From Candidatus Cloacimonadales bacterium (GTDB lineage: Bacteria > Cloacimonadota > Cloacimonadia > Cloacimonadales > JAIOQZ01): a stretch of 64,000 nt of DNA. Every line of letters starts with the position of its first letter. Within the stretch, counting starts at the first letter, position 1. A program made the position numbers and the translations under genes. Under the pieces are notes generated by a model, which saw nothing but the letters and a program-made list of their open reading frames with translations, ran no database searches and was not told the DNA's origin. The DNA is taken from NCBI GenBank assembly GCA_963665815.1, contig OY762463.1, positions 256,001 to 320,000 of the forward strand, written 5' to 3'. Below are positions 58,475 to 64,000 of this stretch, piece by piece.

Positions 58475-59512
58475 TTAGATTTTCACAGGTTTATATCGGA
58501 TAAGACATGAATTCTCATTTGAATAAGCATATAAGTAGTCATTAATAATAGTGAAACTGTCGATATCCATATCAATAATACCTATATTTGCTATCTGAAC
58601 CCCATTATTAGTAAAGATTTGCAGAACATATTCAATCTCTGAATCATCATGTTCTTCTCCCAATGGAAACCTTGGTGCAATTATATAGACATTGCCTTTA
58701 GAGTCAACTTCATTGTGAAAAGCTGTGTAATTTCTTTGATAATAGACATTTTTACCGCCCAGAGAAATCTCTTTGGTGCCACCCTCAACATATACATGTC
58801 TTTTAATTACTAAACTTGGTTTCTTATCAACAACTTTCACAATCAGATTCTCGGTGAGAAAATTTATAAAGAAATCTTTGTTATACATACTCAGGGCAAC
58901 TGATTTCATTGGGGATTCCTCTTTACTCAAGGTTGGACTGAATGCCGCTAAATGTTCATAAGATTCAGAAAAAGGATAGATATCCATTTTTGAATTTTCA
59001 GTACTCCAGTTTGAGCCAACACAGAAAATAGTATTGTCATCTCCTATGCAAAAATCATTGATAAGAAAGCTCTCAACCTTATGGCTGGAGATGTAATTTC
59101 CATCTAAATCAAGTGTTTTTAGTATATTCTGACCTGAATCGTATACAACTAACTCATCTCTGTTGTTGATCCTGAATAAAATCGGATAGTTCAGCTCTTC
59201 AGGACCTTGCCCTTTATGGCAAAGAGTTTTCAGGTAATTCCCATTATGGTCGAATTTCTTTATATTCGCTTCTTCATAGTCCAGAACATAAACATTACCG
59301 TCCTTATCCTCAAGAATGCTGCTGATCTGGCTAATTGTGAATTGTGATAGATCTTCCCTGAAAAGAACGTCAGGCTCAAACTCATAAACCTGAATAGGCA
59401 TCTCCTTATTGATAATTGTTTTGACTTCGTCTGTGGTTGTAATTTCGTAGTTGGATCTTGTGCAAGCTGCTATGCACATAAAAACTAATGCGTACACAAA
59501 AATTGTTCTCAA
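58475..59512 (-). CDS. 6-bladed beta-propeller lipoprotein (array member 2)
   Basis: TTG start with AGGAGG; IAAC; KGQGPEEL; DSKGNVY. Confidence 0.82.
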   Translation of the reverse strand: MRTIFVYALVFMCIAACTRSNYEITTTDEVKTIINKEMPIQVYEFEPDVLFREDLSQFTISQISSILEDKDGNVYVLDYEEANIKKFDHNGNYLKTLCHKGQGPEELNYPILFRINNRDELVVYDSGQNILKTLDLDGNYISSHKVESFLINDFCIGDDNTIFCVGSNWSTENSKMDIYPFSESYEHLAAFSPTLSKEESPMKSVALSMYNKDFFINFLTENLIVKVVDKKPSLVIKRHVYVEGGTKEISLGGKNVYYQRNYTAFHNEVDSKGNVYIIAPRFPLGEEHDDSEIEYVLQIFTNNGVQIANIGIIDMDIDSFTIINDYLYAYSNENSCLIRYKPVKI

Positions 59513-59534
59513 ATTACCTCCTGTTATGAAAATA

Positions 59535-60572
59535 CTATAGTTTTGGCGGATTATATCTTATAAGCTTAGAACTATTGAGTCCATAAGTATATATCTTGTC
59601 ATTAATAACTTTTATCCTCATAATATCCTGATCAGTAATCCCCATGTTCATTATCTGAAAACCATTTCTGTCGAAGACCTGAAGTATTCTTGACGGTTGA
59701 GTTTCATCTGTCTCTTTACCTGGAAGAAAGCCAACAGCAAGTGTATAGATATTACCTTCAGAGTCCAGACAAATACTTTCGGAACTGAAATTCGTCATAT
59801 AGCCGATTTGTCCGTTCCCGAAATCAAGTTCCTGAGTCCCCCCTTCAACATAAAGGTGTCTTTTAATAATCAGATCAGAATTTTTATCATAAATTCGTAA
59901 AATTAAGTTTTCTGTCAAATAACTTAAATAAGTTTCACTTCCTTTATTACATATTGATACAAAATTCATTGGAGAATCATCTTTGCTCAGCGATTTGTAA
60001 AAAGAGGGAAGAGGTTCAAGATTTTCAGATAATGGATAAATATCATGCTTTTCTTTAGATGTATCGCTCCAGTTGATACCTACTCTATATAATGAGTTAT
60101 CATCTCTTATACAGAAGTCCGATACATTAAGGTTTACGTCCTTATAACTATCAACGTAGTTTCCGTTTTCATCGAAAATCTTTATTGTGGACTGAGTAGC
60201 ATCATATACTATAAGCTCGTTTCTACTATTGATAGCAAGTATTGTCGGTCCATTAAGATCTTCAGGACCGTTTCCTTTCTGGCTTATTGTCTTGATAAAG
60301 AGTCCGTCATGAGAGAATTTCTTGATGTTTGCTTCATTTGAATCAAGTACATATACATTCCCATCCTTATCTTCAGCTACATCTGCTATGCTGCTGATAA
60401 TGTAATTCTGATTCTCTGTAGCAAATTCTAGATCTACGTCCAGATTGAATTCTGTAATTGGCTGTTCATGGTTATTGATAGTTTTAATTCCATTAGTTGT
60501 AGTTACATCATAATTTTTTTCTGAACATCCCATAATCAGAATAATCAATGAAAAGAAAAGTGTGTGTTTCAT
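59535..60572 (-). CDS. 6-bladed beta-propeller lipoprotein (array member 1)
   Basis: IMGC lipobox; KGNGPEDL; DSEGNIY. Confidence 0.82.
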   Translation of the reverse strand: MKHTLFFSLIILIMGCSEKNYDVTTTNGIKTINNHEQPITEFNLDVDLEFATENQNYIISSIADVAEDKDGNVYVLDSNEANIKKFSHDGLFIKTISQKGNGPEDLNGPTILAINSRNELIVYDATQSTIKIFDENGNYVDSYKDVNLNVSDFCIRDDNSLYRVGINWSDTSKEKHDIYPLSENLEPLPSFYKSLSKDDSPMNFVSICNKGSETYLSYLTENLILRIYDKNSDLIIKRHLYVEGGTQELDFGNGQIGYMTNFSSESICLDSEGNIYTLAVGFLPGKETDETQPSRILQVFDRNGFQIMNMGITDQDIMRIKVINDKIYTYGLNSSKLIRYNPPKL

Positions 60573-60683
60573 AATTCTGCTCCTGATTTTAAAATCTGAC
60601 CTTTTTCAGGAATACTAGTATTCTGGTAAAAGGTTAGTTCTCTCTAAATAAATACAAGGATTACGGAAAGTTACAAAAAATAT

Positions 60684-60717
60684 AAAAAAAAAGACCTGTT
60701 GATATTCAACAGGTCTT
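60684..60717 (-). terminator. Intrinsic terminator ending the rpsB-tsf-pyrH-frr-fdx operon
   Basis: aagacctgttga-tat-tcaacaggtctt with a long A-run (U-tail on the minus strand). Confidence 0.88.
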
Positions 60718-60735
60718 AAAGTCACATGTTATATG

Positions 60736-60912
60736 TTATAACTCTTTTTTTCCTCTAATCGCCTCGACAGGGCAAACTTCTTCACATTTACCACATGAAA
60801 CACAAGAATCAGTGATAATGTAAATTCCTTCACCTTCGACAATCGCTGAAACAGGACAAGCGTCAACGCATAAACCGCAGCTTACACATTCAGATGTAAT
60901 TACATAAGACAT
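60736..60912 (-). CDS. 2x[4Fe-4S] ferredoxin (58 aa, below the ORF track cut-off)
   Basis: MSYVITSECVSCGLCVDACPVSAIVEGEGIYIITDSCVSCGKCEEVCPVEAIRGKKEL; AGGAG SD. Confidence 0.95.
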   Translation of the reverse strand: MSYVITSECVSCGLCVDACPVSAIVEGEGIYIITDSCVSCGKCEEVCPVEAIRGKKEL

Positions 60913-60923
60913 TTAATCTCCTA

Positions 60924-61478
60924 TCAGATCTCTAAGACTTCTTTTTCTTTATTTTTTGCTGATTCAGAAATCTTTTCTATCCAGCTATCTGTTAAATCCT
61001 GAATATCAGAGAGCAGTTTCTTTTCATCATCTTCAGTTATTTCACTGCTTTTCTTCATTTTCTTTCCGGCATCATTACCATCTCTACGGATGTTTCTGAT
61101 ACCTATTTTTGCGTCTTCGGAAAGTTTTTTAACCTGTTTTACAATATCTTTTCTCTTTTCTTCAGTAAGCTGAGGGAAAGGAAGACGAATAACGTTTCCG
61201 TCATTCTCAGGTGTAATTCCGAGATTAGCAGCAAGTATTTCTTTTTCTATATCGGCTAAAGTAGTCTTATCCCAAGGTTGTATAACAATAAGACGTGATT
61301 CCGGTATAGAAATATTACATAACTGTTTTATAGGAGTGGAAGCACCATAATAGTTAATTTTAACATCATCCAGAACTGAAGCAGATGCTCTGCCTGTTCT
61401 GAGTTTACTGTATTGATTGAGTAAACTATTAAAAGCTTTTTCCATTTTCTCTTCAAGATTCATTAATAAAGTATCCAT
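60924..61478 (-). CDS. frr: Ribosome recycling factor
   Basis: LRTGRAS, IQPWDK, NLGITP.NDG, LTEEKRK, RNIRRD. Confidence 0.97.
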   Translation of the reverse strand: MDTLLMNLEEKMEKAFNSLLNQYSKLRTGRASASVLDDVKINYYGASTPIKQLCNISIPESRLIVIQPWDKTTLADIEKEILAANLGITPENDGNVIRLPFPQLTEEKRKDIVKQVKKLSEDAKIGIRNIRRDGNDAGKKMKKSSEITEDDEKKLLSDIQDLTDSWIEKISESAKNKEKEVLEI

Positions 61479-61493
61479 AATCTCTCCAATTGG

Positions 61494-62225
61494 TTAGCTT
61501 TGTGTAGGATAAACGTAAGTTCCAACATCTTTATTAAGGATAGCTTTTTCGAAGTTACCTTTTTTCAGGACATTGAATACTTTAACAGGCATGTTATTAT
61601 CTCTGGCAAGAGAAAATGCCGTCATATCCATCACGTTAAGTTTTTTACTAAGTACTTCGTCAAAATCGACTGCTTCTAGAAATTCAGCTTCGGGATCTTT
61701 TTCAGGATCTGAAGTGTAAACTCCATCTACTTTAGTACCTTTTATAACTATATCAGCATCTAATTCCACCGCACGTAGAACTGCAGCAGTATCGGTTGTA
61801 AAATAAGGATTACCGGTTCCGGCGCAAATAATGCATATTCTTCCTTCTTTAAGAGATGTTTTAGCTCTTAAAGGAGTATAAAATTTAGTGAATCTATCCA
61901 TCTGGACTGCAGAATAAACTTCAGAGTTAATATTATGCTGATGAAGATATTCGGAAAGTACAAGAGAATTCTGTACAGTAGCGAGCATTCCGATACTGTC
62001 TGCTATTACTCTTCTCATTCCTGCATTACTTCCATTGATACCTCTGAAGATATTTCCTCCTCCGAGAACTATGGCAATACTGACTCCAAGTCTTTTGACG
62101 GCGATTATATCATCAACGATAGATTTAATTGTTTCGTCATCATAGCCAAATCCTTTACTGCCACTGAGAACTTCTCCACTAAGTTTAAAGAGTACGCGAT
62201 GCACTTTTTCCGGTTTATAATACAT
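61494..62225 (-). CDS. pyrH: Uridylate kinase
   Basis: KLSGE, GGGNIFRG, GMLAT, GNPYFTTDTAAVLRA, VDGVY, VMDMTA. Confidence 0.97.
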   Translation of the reverse strand: MYYKPEKVHRVLFKLSGEVLSGSKGFGYDDETIKSIVDDIIAVKRLGVSIAIVLGGGNIFRGINGSNAGMRRVIADSIGMLATVQNSLVLSEYLHQHNINSEVYSAVQMDRFTKFYTPLRAKTSLKEGRICIICAGTGNPYFTTDTAAVLRAVELDADIVIKGTKVDGVYTSDPEKDPEAEFLEAVDFDEVLSKKLNVMDMTAFSLARDNNMPVKVFNVLKKGNFEKAILNKDVGTYVYPTQS

Positions 62226-62242
62226 AATTACAACCTCTGAGA

Positions 62243-62836
62243 TTATTCACCAAGAGAAAAACGTACAAATTTTGCAATCTGGATGTTTTCTCCAAGTTTT
62301 GCTACATATTCATGCACAAGGTTTTGTATTGTTTTGTCAGGGTCTTTTACAAATTCCTGATTTAAAAGACAATTTTCTTTCTTGAATTTTGCAACTTGAC
62401 CGGCAACAATCTTATCAACGATTTTTTCAGGTTTGCCATCGTTGAGGGCTTTATTTTTATAAATTTCAGCTTCTTTTTCAATTAAGCTACTGTCAATATC
62501 ATCTTCGCTGAGAGCAAGAGGATTTGTTGCTGCAATATGCATTGCGATGTCACGGCATAAACCTTTGAAGTCATCTGTATTTGCAACAAAGTCTGTTTCG
62601 CAGTTAATTTCTATAAGTACACCAAGTTTTCCGTTTGAGTGAATATATGACTGAACAAGACCTTCTTTTGTAGCTCTGTCAGATTTTTTTGCAGCCTTAC
62701 TGAGGCCTTTTTCTCTAAGGTATTTAACTGCAGCTTCGAGATCGCCGTTTGTATGTACGAGTGCTTTTTTGCAATCCATCATACCAACACCGGTTTTTTC
62801 TCTGAGATCTTTTACCATCTTTGCACTGATACTCAT
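62243..62836 (-). CDS. tsf: Translation elongation factor Ts (short form)
   Basis: LREKTGVGMMDCKKAL, EINCETDFVA, AMHIAA. Confidence 0.97.
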   Translation of the reverse strand: MSISAKMVKDLREKTGVGMMDCKKALVHTNGDLEAAVKYLREKGLSKAAKKSDRATKEGLVQSYIHSNGKLGVLIEINCETDFVANTDDFKGLCRDIAMHIAATNPLALSEDDIDSSLIEKEAEIYKNKALNDGKPEKIVDKIVAGQVAKFKKENCLLNQEFVKDPDKTIQNLVHEYVAKLGENIQIAKFVRFSLGE

Positions 62837-62861
62837 TTTGTTTCTCCCAAAATTTTATTTG

Positions 62862-62886
62862 AAAAAAAAGAGAGGCAATGCCTCTC
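62862..62886 (-). terminator. Intercistronic terminator/attenuator between rpsB and tsf
   Basis: gagaggc-aat-gcctctc with an 8-A run (U-tail on the minus strand). Confidence 0.75.
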
Positions 62887-62894
62887 AATATTTA

Positions 62895-63698
62895 TTATTC
62901 AGAAGCTGAGGCTTCTTTCTGGTTTTCTGTTTTCTTTTCCTGTGTTCCCTCATCAGCTACTTCAACATTTTCAGTTTGTTCCGCATCCTGTTGTGCATCA
63001 TCAGCACCTTCGGCAGCTGTTTGTCTACCATCTATTACAGCATTTGCCATAATATCAGAAATAAGATTGATTGCTCTGATAGCATCATCATTTGCAGGGA
63101 TCACATAATCTATAATATCAGGATCACTATTTGTGTCGACCAATCCTACGATAGGTATATTAAGCTTTCTGGCTTCGTTTACAGCAATTTGCTCGTTCAT
63201 TGTATCTACAATAAATACTGCACCCGGAGTTTTATCCATACCACGGATCCCACCGAGAGCTTTTTCGATTTTATCATGCTTTCTCTGCATTCTAGTAGCT
63301 TCAAGCTTAGTAAAGCTGCTGATTCTGCCATCTTCCTGAATTTCTTCGATATATTCCATTCTTTCAATACTTCTGCGTATGGTTCTCATATTAGTAAGCA
63401 TTCCACCATACCATCTATTGCTTACAAAGAAAGCTCCACATTTTTTGGCAGCAGCCTGAACAGCATCTTGTGCTTGTTTTTTGGTTCCGACGAATAATAT
63501 ATGTTCACCTTGAGCTGCTATTTCTTTTAAAAACATGTAAGCTTCATTAACTGCATCTACAGTCTGTTTAAGATCCAGTATATGAATACCGTTTCTTTTT
63601 AAGAAGATATACTTCTTCATTTTTGGATTCCATTTATGAGTCTGGTGACCAAAATGAACTCCGGCTTCTAAAAGTTGTTTCATTGATACAACTGACAT
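62895..63698 (-). CDS. rpsB: 30S ribosomal protein S2
   Basis: LLEAGVHFGHQ..KWNPKM, FVGTKKQA, RW.GGMLTN, VDTN.DPD, PANDDAIR. Confidence 0.98.
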   Translation of the reverse strand: MSVVSMKQLLEAGVHFGHQTHKWNPKMKKYIFLKRNGIHILDLKQTVDAVNEAYMFLKEIAAQGEHILFVGTKKQAQDAVQAAAKKCGAFFVSNRWYGGMLTNMRTIRRSIERMEYIEEIQEDGRISSFTKLEATRMQRKHDKIEKALGGIRGMDKTPGAVFIVDTMNEQIAVNEARKLNIPIVGLVDTNSDPDIIDYVIPANDDAIRAINLISDIMANAVIDGRQTAAEGADDAQQDAEQTENVEVADEGTQEKKTENQKEASASE

Positions 63699-63699
63699 T

Positions 63700-63812
63700 T
63701 TGTCTCCTTTACGGTTGTTTCATTATCGAGCATTCATCTATCAATCCCGCATGGGACACCGCTACATGAATTCTGGTAATCATCTGTAACCATCTCGATA
63801 AGTAGTGTTGGA
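63700..63812 (-). ncRNA. rpsB 5' leader (S2 autoregulatory / t44-like structure)
   Basis: Minus strand CACTACTTATCGAG...GGTG...CTCGATAATGAAACAACC, stem-closed leader directly before rpsB. Confidence 0.6.
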
Positions 63813-63814
63813 AA

Positions 63815-64000
63815 TTAACGTTTAGAGAATTGGAATCTCTTACGTGCTTTAGGCTGACCACTTTTCTTACGTTCAACCATTCTTGGATCTCTTGTGAGTA
63901 ATCCAACTTTCTTCAACACAGGTCTCATTTCTTCATCATATTTTACTAACGCTCTTGCTATACCATGTCTGATAGCTCCAGCCTGTCCGGAAAGTCCGCC
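63815..64000 (-). CDS. rpsI: 30S ribosomal protein S9, C-terminal part (truncated by the window edge)
   Basis: [18 protein letters not shown]...[27 protein letters not shown]. Confidence 0.97.
   Translation of the reverse strand, partial: GGLSGQAGAIRHGIARALVKYDEEMRPVLKKVGLLTRDPRMVERKKSGQPKARKRFQFSKR

Noticed and set aside
47283-60717. Two hairpins sharing the cctgttga...tcaacagg stem (47283 and 60691) as a repeat family
   Set aside because: Both sit at gene ends with U-tails and are adequately explained as terminators; two short matches are too few
63709-63906. 65-aa ORF in the track, and the many 60-180 aa antisense or alternate-frame ORFs
   Set aside because: It overlaps rpsI in another frame; the others shadow well-supported genes and show no motifs

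Overview
AT-rich chromosomal window from a Gram-negative, probably anaerobic bacterium. Two secreted proteins end in 'NPF...YNI/LKGQKV' FlgD-Ig/T9SS-like tails, which suggests the FCB superphylum, possibly Cloacimonadota (inference). Housekeeping content: pfkA, lpxB, an aminotransferase, a pyrB-pyrC-pyrK-pyrD-pyrR-pyrF operon with a PyrR-binding leader, ilvE, arcA, a CCA-adding enzyme, an msrB-msrA fusion, and rpsI-rpsB-tsf-pyrH-frr-ferredoxin. Less ordinary content: (1) an apparently leaderless operon with a threonine-synthase-like PLP enzyme, a three-subunit Xdh-family molybdoenzyme, a lipoprotein and a PreA/DHODH-like flavoprotein lacking the catalytic Cys, a candidate uncharacterised N-heterocycle catabolic pathway; (2) a LysM-TPR protein plus a TPR-SLT-TPR-M23 lipoprotein coupled to pyrF; (3) a 178-bp MITE inserted with a TGA duplication into an older copy of itself; (4) a PyrR-binding stem overlapping the ribosome-binding site of a 7-codon uORF; (5) five tandem diversified beta-propeller lipoproteins, the last interrupted by one in-frame TAA; (6) a gingipain-like C25 protein without the usual catalytic His. 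No CRISPR array, rRNA, tRNA or intact transposase was seen. All family calls come from motif recognition by eye, with no database search.
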